Of a stretch of 45,252 nt of DNA, positions 19,561 through 29,778 are shown piece by piece. Source of the DNA: Salinirussus sp. (GTDB taxonomy: Archaea; Halobacteriota; Halobacteria; Halobacteriales; Haloarculaceae); NCBI GenBank assembly GCA_028275005.1, contig JAQCNN010000069.1, forward strand, positions 1 to 45,252, written 5' to 3'. The first letter of the stretch is position 1. Every line of letters starts with the position of its first letter. The notes under the pieces are model-generated. The model worked only from the letters and a program-made list of their open reading frames with translations, made no database searches and was not told the origin of the DNA. The position numbers and the translations under genes are program-made.

Positions 19561-20862
19561 ATGACGCGGGTGATACACACCGGAGACACCCACCTCGGGT
19601 ACCAGCAGTACCACCTCCCCCAGCGCCGTGAGGACTTTCTCGACTCCTTCCGGCAGGTCGCGGCCGACGCCGTCGGGGAGGGTGTCGACGCAGTCGTCCA
19701 CGCCGGCGACCTCTTTCACGACCGCCGCCCGACCCTCCCGGACATCATGGGCGCACTGTCGGTGCTCCGGGGGCTGGACGACGCCGGTATCCCCTTTCTG
19801 GCCGTCGTCGGCAACCACGAGTCCAAGCGCGACGCACAGTGGCTCGACCTGTTCGAGTCACTGGGGCTGGCCACCCGGCTCGGCCCCGAGCCTGTGACGG
19901 TCGGGGACGTGGCTGTCTACGGGCTGGACTTTGTCGCCCGCGCCGAGCGCGACGGCCTGGACTACGACTTTGCCGACCACGACTGTGACTACGCCGTCCT
20001 GGCCTCCCACGGCCTGTTCCAGCCCTTCGACCACGGTGACTGGGACATCCGCGAGATACTGGCCGGCTCGCCGGTTCGGTTCGACGCCGCCCTCCTCGGC
20101 GACGACCACACACCCCAGACGAGACGGGTCGAGGAGTCCCACGACGCCTGGCTAACGTACTGTGGCTCCACCGAGCGTGCGAGCGCGGACGAGCGCGAAA
20201 ACCGGGGGTACAATCTCGTCGTCTTCGAGGACGACCCCCCCGACCCGCCCGCTGATGCTGTCGACATCCGCCGCCGGGCGCTCGACACCCGGGAGTTCGT
20301 CTTCGTGGATATCGAACTCGGGCCGGGCGAGGGCGTCGAGCGCGTCCGCGAACGGGTCACCCAGGAGGAGCTGACCGACGCGGTCGTCGTCGTTTCGCTC
20401 GCGGGCGAGGGGGACCCGGTCACACCCGCGACGGTCGAGGAGGCGGCCGCCGAGGCGGGCGCACTCACGACCCGGGTGACCGACCGCCGGGAACTCGCCG
20501 ACGAGCACGACGTCGAGGTGAGCTTTGCCGACCCGGACGAGGCAGTCCGCGAGCGGGTCCGCGAGCTCGGGCTGAGCCCGGTCGCCCGTGAGGTCGACGA
20601 GACGGTGCGGGCGAGCAAGGTCGCCGACTCGAACGTCGCCGGGGAGGTCGAGCGCCGGGTCCAGGAGCTGCTCGAGGACGGCGAGACCGACGCCTTCCGG
20701 CCGGCCGACGACGAGGCGGCGGGGGCCGCCGAGGACGAAGGTACGCCGGCGTCGACGGACGGCGGTAGGGGGAACGCCGAAACCGACCCGGCGCCCGGCG
20801 GTGACCCCGACACGGAGGCGGGGGAGACGGACAGCCAGGTCACGATGGAGGACTACCTGTGA
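19561..20862 (+). CDS. mre11: DNA double-strand break repair nuclease Mre11
   Basis: GDTHLG, HAGDLFH, VGNHE phosphoesterase motifs; directly upstream of rad50; start MTRVIH. Confidence 0.95.
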   Translation: MTRVIHTGDTHLGYQQYHLPQRREDFLDSFRQVAADAVGEGVDAVVHAGDLFHDRRPTLPDIMGALSVLRGLDDAGIPFLAVVGNHESKRDAQWLDLFESLGLATRLGPEPVTVGDVAVYGLDFVARAERDGLDYDFADHDCDYAVLASHGLFQPFDHGDWDIREILAGSPVRFDAALLGDDHTPQTRRVEESHDAWLTYCGSTERASADERENRGYNLVVFEDDPPDPPADAVDIRRRALDTREFVFVDIELGPGEGVERVRERVTQEELTDAVVVVSLAGEGDPVTPATVEEAAAEAGALTTRVTDRRELADEHDVEVSFADPDEAVRERVRELGLSPVAREVDETVRASKVADSNVAGEVERRVQELLEDGETDAFRPADDEAAGAAEDEGTPASTDGGRGNAETDPAPGGDPDTEAGETDSQVTMEDYL

Positions 20863-23540
20863 GATTCGACCGGGTCCACCTGGAGGGGTTCAAGTGCTTC
20901 GAGGAGGCGGACCTGGGGCTGGAGCCCGGTGTCTCGGTCATCCACGGGCTCAACGGCAGCGGCAAATCCTCGCTGCTCGAGGCGTGCTTTTTCGCGCTCT
21001 ACGGCGCAAAGGCGCTGGAGCGGACCCTCGACGAGGTGGTCACTATCGGCGCCGAGGAGGCGACTGTCGAGCTGTGGTTCACCCACGCCGGCGGGGACTA
21101 CCACGTCAAACGACGGGTCCGAGTGCGTGACGAGCGGGCGACGACCGTCGAGTGTGTCCTGACGGGGCCTGAGGCCACCTACGAGGGGGCTCGGGATGTG
21201 CGCGCCCGGGTGACCGAACTCCTCCGGATGGACCACGAGGCGTTCGTCAACTGCGCGTACGTCCGGCAGGGGGAGGTGAACAAGCTGATCAACGCCTCGC
21301 CCGGCGAGCGACAGGACATCCTCGATGACCTCCTCCAGCTTGGCAAACTCGAGGAGTACCGCGAGCGCGCGAGCGAGGCCCGGCTCGGCGTCAAACACGT
21401 CCGTGACGACAAGCAGGGTGCGCTCTCACAGGTCGACTCCCAGCTCGAGGAGAAGGACGAGGAGGGGCTGCACGCCCGTCTGAACGAGCTCCGTACGGAG
21501 CGGTCCGAGGTCACAGCGGAGGTCGACCGGTTCGAGACGAACCGCGAGCAGGCGACGGAGACCCTCGCCGACGCCGAGGGCGTCCTGGAGGAGTACCGCG
21601 AGCGACAGGCCGAACTGGCCGAGGTCGAGGGGGATATCGAGGCCCTCCAGGAGCGTATCGAGACCACCGAACGGGAACGGGAGGGGCTCGCCGAGGAACT
21701 AGCGGAGACCCGTGAGCGGCTCGCCGACGCCCGGGACACCCGTGACGGCCTGCTCGCCGACACCGGCTTCGAGGCGGCCGAGCCCGAGCAGGTCCGCGAG
21801 CGGGTTACAGCGCTCGAGGCGGAGGTCGAGACGCTCACCGAACGGATCACCGAACTGAGCGCGGAGAAACGCCAGCACGACACCGAGGCGGAGTCCCTCG
21901 AAGAGCGGGCCACGGAGCTCGAAGCCGAGGTCGAACAGCGGCGCAACGCGGCGGACGGTCTAGAATCGGAGGTCGAGGAGGGCGAGGCCCTGCTCGAGGA
22001 GAAACGTGCCGAGGTTGCGGAGCTCGCGGCCGAGGCCGAGACCCACCGCGACGCCTTCGGGGATGCGCCTGTTGGCCCCGACGGTGCCGCGGAGTTGCGT
22101 GAGTCCGTCGCGGCCGAACTCTCGGCGGTTCGCGAGGAGCGGGCGGCGACCGAGGAGACGCTCACAAACGCCGAGGAACGCCTCGCAGAGGCCGAACAGC
22201 TCCGTGCGGCCGGCAAGTGCCCGGAGTGTGGCCAGCCGGTCGAGGATTCGCCCCACGTCGAGGCGCTCGACGAGCGCCGCGAGCGGGTCGCCGAGCTCGA
22301 GGCCGAGTTGGAGACCCTCGGGGACCGGGAGTCCGACTGTGCCGAGAGGCTCGACCGGGCCGAACGGCTCGAGGAGCGTGCAAGCGAGCTTCGGCGGCTG
22401 GAGACCGAACGCGAAAACGCCAAACAGCTCATCGAGCAAAGGCGAGACCGGCTACAGGAGAAAGCCGCCGAGGCCGACCGCAAGCGCGAGAGCGCCGACG
22501 AGCTGGAGACCGAGGCCGCGGAGCGACGCGAGGCGGCCGCCGAGGCCCGGCAGGAGGCCACAGCCTGTCGGGAGAAGGTCGCCGAGTGCAACAGGGAGAA
22601 GGCCGAACTGACCGAGCGGGGCGAGCGCCTGGAGCGGCTCGCGGAGACCGCCGAGACCGCCGCGGACCTGGCGGACCGTATCGAGGACTACCGCGACCAG
22701 CGCGCACAGAAGGCCGAGCTGAACGAGGAACGGCGGGAGCGACTCGCCGAGAAGCGTGAGCGCCGCGAGGACCTGCGCGAGGAGTTCAACGAGACGCGGG
22801 TCGAGGAGGCTCGCGAGGAGAAGGAGCGAGCAGAGGACTACCTCGAGAAGGTCGATCCGAAGCTCGAGACGCTCCGCGAGCGACGGGACGAACTGAACGA
22901 GGCGGTCGGGGGTGTCGAGGCGGAACTCGACGAGCTGCACTCGTTGCGCGACCGGCGTGAGGAGCTGGCCGCGACCGTCGAGCGGCTGGACTCGGTGTAC
23001 GGGGAGGCCGAACAGCTAGAGGAGATGTACGCCCGGTTGCGTGCGCAGTTGCGCCGTCGTAACGTCGAGACCCTGGAGCGGATGCTCAACGAGACCTTCG
23101 ACCTGGTGTACGAGAACGACACCTACTCGCGGATCGAACTGGACGCGGACTACGAGCTGACAGTCTACCAGAAGGACGGCGAGACGCTCGCCCCGGACCA
23201 GCTCTCCGGCGGGGAGCGGGCGCTGTTCAACCTCAGTCTGCGGTGTGCGATCTACCGACTGCTCGCGGAGGGGATCGAGGGGGCCGCGCCGATGCCGCCG
23301 CTGGTGCTCGACGAGCCGACAGTCTTCCTGGACTCGGGGCACGTCTCCCAGCTCGTCGAGCTGGTCGGCGCGATGCGCGACCACGGTGTCGAGCAGATCC
23401 TGGTCGTCAGCCACGACGAGGAGCTCGTCGCGGCCGCCGACGACCTCGTGCGTGTCCGAACGGACCCACGGAGCAACCGCTCGACGGTCGAACGCACAGC
23501 CTCGGTCGACGCCGACCTGCTCGCCGAGGCCGACGACTAG
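20859..23540 (+). CDS. rad50: DNA double-strand break repair ATPase Rad50
   Basis: GLNGSGKS Walker A, coiled coil with CPECG zinc hook, LSGGE signature, LDEPT Walker B. Confidence 0.97.
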   Translation: MRFDRVHLEGFKCFEEADLGLEPGVSVIHGLNGSGKSSLLEACFFALYGAKALERTLDEVVTIGAEEATVELWFTHAGGDYHVKRRVRVRDERATTVECVLTGPEATYEGARDVRARVTELLRMDHEAFVNCAYVRQGEVNKLINASPGERQDILDDLLQLGKLEEYRERASEARLGVKHVRDDKQGALSQVDSQLEEKDEEGLHARLNELRTERSEVTAEVDRFETNREQATETLADAEGVLEEYRERQAELAEVEGDIEALQERIETTEREREGLAEELAETRERLADARDTRDGLLADTGFEAAEPEQVRERVTALEAEVETLTERITELSAEKRQHDTEAESLEERATELEAEVEQRRNAADGLESEVEEGEALLEEKRAEVAELAAEAETHRDAFGDAPVGPDGAAELRESVAAELSAVREERAATEETLTNAEERLAEAEQLRAAGKCPECGQPVEDSPHVEALDERRERVAELEAELETLGDRESDCAERLDRAERLEERASELRRLETERENAKQLIEQRRDRLQEKAAEADRKRESADELETEAAERREAAAEARQEATACREKVAECNREKAELTERGERLERLAETAETAADLADRIEDYRDQRAQKAELNEERRERLAEKRERREDLREEFNETRVEEAREEKERAEDYLEKVDPKLETLRERRDELNEAVGGVEAELDELHSLRDRREELAATVERLDSVYGEAEQLEEMYARLRAQLRRRNVETLERMLNETFDLVYENDTYSRIELDADYELTVYQKDGETLAPDQLSGGERALFNLSLRCAIYRLLAEGIEGAAPMPPLVLDEPTVFLDSGHVSQLVELVGAMRDHGVEQILVVSHDEELVAAADDLVRVRTDPRSNRSTVERTASVDADLLAEADD

Positions 23541-23956
23541 TCGCGCATGCGAGCCAGCCCCTTGCTGGCCCGCTCAGTCGTCGCGTAGCCACGCTCGCCC
23601 CCGACCTCGGCCTCGGTCACGAGCCCGGCCGCCCGGAACTCCGCCAGCAGGCCGTGCAGGTCACTCTCACAGAGGTCGTACTCGAGCAGTGCGCGAACGC
23701 CGAGTGGCCCTCGTTCGTCGAGTTCTACAAGGAGACCGAGCGCCCGCTCGTCCGGGATAGCCGTCAGCACGGTCTGGACCGGCCGGGAAACCGCGCCGGC
23801 GGCGGTCACCAGGGGCGACTCCCCGGTGACCGGCTCCAGCGTCTCGTTGGGGACGTGTCGACGGTCCCCCGACTCGGGGTCCCGGACGAGGCTCGCCTCG
23901 TCTGACTCCTTGAGCAGGATATACCGGTCACCGGCGTCGTCCTCGACAGTCCGCAT
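23537..23956 (-). CDS. conserved haloarchaeal hypothetical protein, possible C-terminal winged helix
   Basis: 139-aa acidic ORF; LCESDLHGLLAEFRAAGLV...GERGY resembles a wHTH. Confidence 0.75.
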   Translation of the reverse strand: MRTVEDDAGDRYILLKESDEASLVRDPESGDRRHVPNETLEPVTGESPLVTAAGAVSRPVQTVLTAIPDERALGLLVELDERGPLGVRALLEYDLCESDLHGLLAEFRAAGLVTEAEVGGERGYATTERASKGLARMRD

Positions 23957-23980
23957 ACCTGGGATAACGGCCAGCCGCTG

Positions 23981-24427
23981 TTAGCCGTTCCGGTCGGCTG
24001 TCCCGTCGTCCCCGGTTTCGCCGCCGGACCCACCGGCGCCGTCCCCGTCGGCGGGGGACTCGTCACCGCTCTCGGCGAGGGCGGCCTTTGTCTGCCGGTA
24101 GCGGTAGTACCCAAAGGCAAAGAGGAGGAGCCCGGCGATGGTCAGTTGCCCGCCGAGTTCCAACGCGCCCTGGAAGGCGACAAACAGCACGCCAAGGCTC
24201 GTCACCAGGAGTGCAACGTTGAACACCATCACCAGCGCCCAGAAGCGGTACTGGACCTCGGAGCTGGCGTCCACCTCGGTCATGTCCGGCGCCTCCGGGA
24301 TGTCCGGGCCGAGCTCCATCGGGTCGAACTCCTCGGGCTCGGAGTCGGGCTTGTACCGCTCCTCGAGTGCCCGCCAGTCGCCCGGCGTGTCCTCCTCCCC
24401 GGCCTCGGCTCCGTCGTCGTCCGACAC
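23981..24427 (-). CDS. conserved haloarchaeal membrane protein (2 TM)
   Basis: Acidic N-terminus (PEEFDP...GP), FWALVMVFN and two hydrophobic segments followed by YYRYR; GTG start inferred. Confidence 0.72.
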   Translation of the reverse strand: MSDDDGAEAGEEDTPGDWRALEERYKPDSEPEEFDPMELGPDIPEAPDMTEVDASSEVQYRFWALVMVFNVALLVTSLGVLFVAFQGALELGGQLTIAGLLLFAFGYYRYRQTKAALAESGDESPADGDGAGGSGGETGDDGTADRNG

Positions 24428-24546
24428 GAGCGCGGGTTTGCTGCGGGTGGGTATAGACCGTTCGGTCCCGGGTCTGGGTGCCCCCCACGCCAGCCGGACG
24501 GGGTACCGCGGGGATTTTAATCCGGGCACGCAAACAGGGTGTACCG

Positions 24547-27243
24547 ATGGACCAGTCCGACCTCACGTCGTGGGAGGACGGCGAGCGGCCGACCGCCGAG
24601 GCCGAGGCCGTCGCCGGGAACGGGGGGACCGACGCCGACCTGGTCGACACCGCAGAGCACCGCTATCCCGACGCCGACGGGACTGTGGCGTTCGCGGTCA
24701 CACAGGTCGACTACACTATCGCGGGCCGCGGCGACGACGAGTATCCCGTGGTGCACGTCTTTGGCCGGACGGCCGACCGGGAGCCGGTCCACGTCCAGGT
24801 CGAGGAGTTTCGCCCGTATTTCTACGCGCCGGTCGACTCGGTCACCGAGGGGGAACTCCGGCAGTACGACCGTATCACCGGCTGGGAGTACGAGGGCAAC
24901 GACGGTGAGCCCCACGAGTCTATCCGCGGGGCAAAGCTGGTCAAGATCTTCGGCCAGACCCCGCGGGACGTCGGCCAACTGCGCGACGACTTCGACCACT
25001 ACGAGGCGGATATCCTCTTTCCAAACCGGTTTCTGATCGACAAGGACATCACCAGCGGTGTCAGGGTCCCCTGCCGCGAGGACGGCGACCGGCTTCGGGT
25101 CCACCACGCGGAGGTCCAGCCCGTCGAGGTGGACGCCGAGCCACGCGTCAACACCTTCGACATCGAGGTCGACGACCGCTCGGGGTTCCCCGAGGACGGC
25201 GAGGAACCGGTCATCTGTCTCACCTCCCACGACTCCTACGACGACGAGTACATCGTCTGGCTCTACCAGCCGCCCGACGGCGTCGACGGGCCCGAGGTGC
25301 TGGACGGCTACGACCCGCTCGAGGGCGACTTCGAGACGGATGTCCGGAGCTTCGAGACCGAGGAGGCGATGCTCGGCTCCTTCCTGAACTACCTGGACGG
25401 CACGGACCCCGACGTCATGACGGGGTGGAACTTCACCGACTTCGACGCCCCCTACCTCATCGACCGGCTGGACGTGCTCGCGGACCGTGGGGACACCGAC
25501 CACGACCTCTCGTACGACCGCCTCTCCCGGGTCGACGAGGTGTGGCGCTCGGACTGGCGGGGCCCCGATGTGAAGGGTCGAGTCGTTTTCGACCTCCTCT
25601 ACGCCTACCAGCGAACGAAGTTCACGGAGCTCGACTCCTACAGGCTCGACGACGTCGGCGAGCGGGAACTCGGTGTTGGCAAGGAGCGGTACGCCGGTGA
25701 TATCGGCGACCTCTGGGAGCAGGAGCCCGAGCGCCTCCTCGAGTACAACCTCCGAGACGTGGAGCTGTGTGTCGAACTCGACCGCGACCAGGATATCGTC
25801 ACCTTCTGGAACGAGGTCCGCCAGTTCGTCGGCTGCAAACTCGAGGACGCCACGACCCCCGGCGACGCCGTCGACATGTACGTCCTTCACAAGCTCCACG
25901 ACGAGTACGCACTCCCCTCGAAGGGGCAACAGGACAGCGAGGACTACGAGGGTGGTGCGGTCTTCGACCCGATCACGGGCGTCCGGGAAAACATCACTGT
26001 ACTGGATCTCAAGAGTCTGTACCCGATGTGCATGGTGACGACGAACGCCAGCCCGGAGACGAAAGTCGACCCCGAGCGCTACGACGGCGAGACCTACCGT
26101 GCGCCCAATGGGACCCACTTCCGGAAGCAGCCCGACGGCGCCATCCGGGAGATGGTCGACGAACTGCTGGCCGAACGCGACGAGAAGAAGTCACTCCGTG
26201 ACGACCACGACCCCGACGAGCCTGCCTACGAGCAGTACGACCGGCAGCAGCAAGCTGTCAAGGTAATTATGAACTCTCTGTACGGCGTTTTGGGCTGGGA
26301 TCGGTTCCGGCTGTACGACAAGGAGATGGGAGCTGCGGTCACTGCAACGGGTCGTGAGGTGATCGAGTTTACCGAGACTGCTGCGGCCGAACGTGACAAG
26401 AAAGTGGTGTATGGAGATACCGACTCAGTCATGTTAGAGCTCGGGAATGAAATTTCGGAGGAGGAGGCCATCGAGCAGTCGTTCGACCTGGAGGAGTACA
26501 TCAACGACCGGTACGACGAGTTCGCCCTCGAGCGGCTAAACGCCGAGGGTCACCGCTTCGAGATCGAGTTCGAGAAGCTCTACCGGCGCTTTTTCCAGGC
26601 GGGCAAGAAGAAGCGATACGCCGGCCACATCGTCTGGAAGGAGGGGAAAGACGTCGACGACATCGACATCACGGGCTTTGAGTACCAGCGCTCGGACATC
26701 GCGCCGATCACGAAGGAGGTCCAGAAGGAGGTCATCGACATGATCGTGATGGGTGAAGAGCCCGAGACTGTCAAGTCCTACCTCCACGACGTGATCCAGG
26801 ACTTTCGGGCGGGGAACGTGAGTCTCGACGACGTGGGTATCCCGGGCGGGATCGGCAAGCGCCTGGACAACTACGACACCGACACCGCACAGGTCAGGGG
26901 CGCGAAGTACGCGAACGCGGTGCTGGGGACGAACTTCCAGCGTGGCTCGAAGCCAAAGCGGCTGTATCTCGACCGCGTTCACTCCGATTTCCTCGAGCGT
27001 ATCGAGGCCGAGGAGGGGCTGGACCCGTCGACGGACCCGGTGTACGGCGCCTTCCGCCGGGACCCCGACGTCATCTGCTTCGAGTACCCCGACCAGGTCC
27101 CCGAGGAGTTCGAGGTCGACTGGGACAAGATGCTCGACAAGACCCTCAAGGGGCCGATCGAGCGGATCATCGAGGCACTCGACATCTCCTGGGAGGAGGT
27201 CAAGACCGGCCAGGAGCAGACCGGTCTCGGCTCGTTCATGTAG
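24547..27243 (+). CDS. polB: family B DNA polymerase (PolB1), intein-free
   Basis: Exonuclease motifs FDIE, GWN-x-x-x-FD and YNLRD; polymerase motifs DLKSLYP, KVIMNSLYG, YGDTDS, KKRY; C-terminal PIP-like QTGLGSFM. Confidence 0.97.
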   Translation: MDQSDLTSWEDGERPTAEAEAVAGNGGTDADLVDTAEHRYPDADGTVAFAVTQVDYTIAGRGDDEYPVVHVFGRTADREPVHVQVEEFRPYFYAPVDSVTEGELRQYDRITGWEYEGNDGEPHESIRGAKLVKIFGQTPRDVGQLRDDFDHYEADILFPNRFLIDKDITSGVRVPCREDGDRLRVHHAEVQPVEVDAEPRVNTFDIEVDDRSGFPEDGEEPVICLTSHDSYDDEYIVWLYQPPDGVDGPEVLDGYDPLEGDFETDVRSFETEEAMLGSFLNYLDGTDPDVMTGWNFTDFDAPYLIDRLDVLADRGDTDHDLSYDRLSRVDEVWRSDWRGPDVKGRVVFDLLYAYQRTKFTELDSYRLDDVGERELGVGKERYAGDIGDLWEQEPERLLEYNLRDVELCVELDRDQDIVTFWNEVRQFVGCKLEDATTPGDAVDMYVLHKLHDEYALPSKGQQDSEDYEGGAVFDPITGVRENITVLDLKSLYPMCMVTTNASPETKVDPERYDGETYRAPNGTHFRKQPDGAIREMVDELLAERDEKKSLRDDHDPDEPAYEQYDRQQQAVKVIMNSLYGVLGWDRFRLYDKEMGAAVTATGREVIEFTETAAAERDKKVVYGDTDSVMLELGNEISEEEAIEQSFDLEEYINDRYDEFALERLNAEGHRFEIEFEKLYRRFFQAGKKKRYAGHIVWKEGKDVDDIDITGFEYQRSDIAPITKEVQKEVIDMIVMGEEPETVKSYLHDVIQDFRAGNVSLDDVGIPGGIGKRLDNYDTDTAQVRGAKYANAVLGTNFQRGSKPKRLYLDRVHSDFLERIEAEEGLDPSTDPVYGAFRRDPDVICFEYPDQVPEEFEVDWDKMLDKTLKGPIERIIEALDISWEEVKTGQEQTGLGSFM

Positions 27244-27274
27244 GGGCCTGTGTGGCGGTCACCGCCCGGCGTGA

Positions 27275-27340
27275 TTTTGGGAACCGAAAACAAAGTTCGG
27301 GCTTTCAGAACTTCGCCCTGGGAGTGCGAAAGTATTATGC
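27275..27340 (+). promoter_or_regulatory. suf promoter with two upstream inverted repeats and BRE/TATA (CGAAAGTATTAT)
   Basis: TTTTGGGAACCGAAAA (27275-27290) and AAGTTC-N9-GAACTT (27293-27313) upstream of a TATA-like box. Confidence 0.55.
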
Positions 27341-27376
27341 GTAAGACGCCCCACTTTTCGATTGATCTAACAAGCT

Positions 27377-28303
27377 ATGGCAACACTCGAGATAGACAAT
27401 CTGCACGCGGAAGTCGCCGAAGAGGGCGGTGAAACGATCCTCCGTGGCGTCGACCTGGAGGTCGGGAGCAACGAGATCCACGCCCTGATGGGTCCCAACG
27501 GGAGCGGGAAGTCGACGCTGGCGAACGTGATCGCCGGCCATCCCGAGTACGAGGTGACCGACGGGGCGATCCGGCTTCATCTCGATGGCGACGAGTTCGA
27601 CGACGCGGCGGGGGCCGACGAGGACGACCTCTCGTGGGACCTACTCGACCTCGAGCCGAACGAGCGGGCCGCGCTCGGTATCTTCCTCGGATTCCAGTAT
27701 CCGGCGGAGATCGAGGGCGTGACGATGGTGAACTTCCTCCGGACGGCGCTGAACGCCAAACTCGACGAGCGTGAGGAGCTGTTTGAGGACGACGACGAGG
27801 ACGAAGAGACCGCCGAGGCCACCAACGAGGACGCCGCCGGCTACGAGAGTTCCCCGATGGAGGGCCCCGCCGACGAGGGCGAGGTCGGCGTCGCCGAGTT
27901 CCAGACGATCCTCCAGGAGAAGATGGAGCAACTGGACATGGACGAGTCCTTTGCGAGCCGGTACCTGAACGCGGGCTTTTCGGGCGGTGAGAAGAAGCAA
28001 AACGAGGTGCTCCAGGCCGCAGTGCTGGAGCCCGAGATCGCCGTCCTCGACGAGATCGACTCGGGGCTGGACATCGACCGGCTCCAGGACGTCTCGAACG
28101 GGATCAACGCGCTCCGTGAGGAACAGAGCGCCGGGATCCTCCAGATCACCCACTACCAGCGGATCCTCGACTACGTCGAACCCGACCACGTCCACATCAT
28201 GCTCGACGGGCAGGTCGCGACGAGCGGCGGCCCGGAGCTCGCAAAGAAGCTCGAGGACCAGGGGTACGACTGGGTCCGCGAGGAAGCCGTCGAGGCCGCA
28301 TGA
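27377..28303 (+). CDS. sufC: Fe-S cluster assembly ATPase SufC
   Basis: MGPNGSGKST, FQYP-x-EIEGV, GFSGGEKK, LDEIDSGLDID, ITHYQRIL. Confidence 0.96.
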   Translation: MATLEIDNLHAEVAEEGGETILRGVDLEVGSNEIHALMGPNGSGKSTLANVIAGHPEYEVTDGAIRLHLDGDEFDDAAGADEDDLSWDLLDLEPNERAALGIFLGFQYPAEIEGVTMVNFLRTALNAKLDEREELFEDDDEDEETAEATNEDAAGYESSPMEGPADEGEVGVAEFQTILQEKMEQLDMDESFASRYLNAGFSGGEKKQNEVLQAAVLEPEIAVLDEIDSGLDIDRLQDVSNGINALREEQSAGILQITHYQRILDYVEPDHVHIMLDGQVATSGGPELAKKLEDQGYDWVREEAVEAA

Positions 28304-28334
28304 ACGACCTGACAACGACTACTATCAACACACT

Positions 28335-29759
28335 ATGAGTTCAGAAGATCTTCAGGAGACGGACACCGAGAAGCGATTCGAGTTCAAGAAAGAGGAGAAC
28401 TCGGCATTCGAGGCCGAGAAGGGGCTGACCGAGGAGACGATCCGGGTCATCTCCGAGGACAAGGACGAGCCGGAGTGGATGCTCCAGCGCCGTCTGCGCG
28501 CACTCGAGCAGTTCCAGCAGATGCCGATGCCAGACGACTGGCCGGGCGCGCCGGACCTCTCGGAGGTAAAGGTCGACGAGATCGTCCCCTACATCCGCCC
28601 GGACATCGACACCCGCGGTGGCGTGGACGACTGGAACGACCTCCCCGAGGAGATCCAGGACACCTTCGACAAGCTTGGGATCCCGGAAGCCGAGAAGAAC
28701 GCCCTCTCGGGTGTGGGTGCCCAGTACGAGTCGGAGATTGTCTACCAGAACATGCAGGAACGCTGGGAGGACAAGGGTGTTGTCTTCTGTGACATGGACC
28801 AGGCGGTCCAGGACCACGAGGACATACTCAAGGAGTACTTCATGACGAAGGCCGTCCCCCCGAGCGACAACAAGTTCGCGGCGCTGCACGGCGCCATCTG
28901 GTCCGGTGGCTCCTTCGTCTACGTCCCCGAGGACACCACCGTCGACATGCCGGTGCAGGCGTACTTCCGGATGAACTCCGACGGGATGGGGCAGTTCGAG
29001 CACACGCTGATCATCGCCGAGGAGAACTCCGAGGTCCACTACATCGAGGGCTGTTCCGCCCCGAAGTACTCGGAGTTCAACCTCCACTCCGGCGGCGTCG
29101 AGGTGTTCGTCAAGGAGGGTGCACACGTCCAGTACTCGACGGTCCAGAACTGGTCGAAGAACACCTACAACCTCAACACCAAGCGCGCCATCGCCGAGCA
29201 GGACGCGACGATGGAGTGGGTCTCCGGGTCGATGGGCTCGAAGGCCACGATGCTGTACCCCTCGACGGTCCTCAAGGGGCCGGGCGCGACGGACAATCAC
29301 ATCACTATCGCCATGGCTGGCGAAGGACAGAACATCGACACCGGCGCGAAGGTCTACCACAACGCCCCGGACACGAAGTCCACGATCGAGTCCAAGTCCA
29401 TCTCCAAGGACGGCGGCCGGACGAACTACCGCGGGCTCGTCCACATGGCCGACGGCGCCGAGGACGCCTCGACGAGTGTCGAGTGTGACGCGCTGATGTT
29501 CGACAACGAGTCCACCTCCGACACGATGCCGTACATGGAGATCCAGGAGCAGAACGTCGACGTGGCCCACGAGGCGACTGTCGGCAAGATCGGCGACGAG
29601 GACGTCTTCTACCTCCAGTCCCGTGGACTGGACGACGACGACGCAAAGCAGATGATCGTCGCCGGCTTTATCGAGCCGCTCACGGAGGAACTCCCAATCG
29701 AGTACGCAGTCGAAATGAACCGCCTCATTGAACTCGAGATGGAGGGCTCGCTCGGATAA
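28335..29759 (+). CDS. sufB: Fe-S cluster assembly protein SufB
   Basis: GQFEHTLI, YIEGCSAP, YSTVQNW, ECDALM, HEATVGKI; start MSSEDL. Confidence 0.96.
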   Translation: MSSEDLQETDTEKRFEFKKEENSAFEAEKGLTEETIRVISEDKDEPEWMLQRRLRALEQFQQMPMPDDWPGAPDLSEVKVDEIVPYIRPDIDTRGGVDDWNDLPEEIQDTFDKLGIPEAEKNALSGVGAQYESEIVYQNMQERWEDKGVVFCDMDQAVQDHEDILKEYFMTKAVPPSDNKFAALHGAIWSGGSFVYVPEDTTVDMPVQAYFRMNSDGMGQFEHTLIIAEENSEVHYIEGCSAPKYSEFNLHSGGVEVFVKEGAHVQYSTVQNWSKNTYNLNTKRAIAEQDATMEWVSGSMGSKATMLYPSTVLKGPGATDNHITIAMAGEGQNIDTGAKVYHNAPDTKSTIESKSISKDGGRTNYRGLVHMADGAEDASTSVECDALMFDNESTSDTMPYMEIQEQNVDVAHEATVGKIGDEDVFYLQSRGLDDDDAKQMIVAGFIEPLTEELPIEYAVEMNRLIELEMEGSLG

Positions 29760-29778
29760 CCCCCTCCGGAGTATCCAC

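Noticed and set aside
24547-27243. Intein in polB (also considered for cdc48 and rad50)
   Set aside because: Conserved motifs are contiguous, lengths are normal, and no splice-junction or LAGLIDADG motifs were seen.
27770-27900. Acidic insertion in SufC as a novel domain
   Set aside because: A low-complexity D/E-rich loop of the kind common in halophilic proteins; no independent evidence of function.
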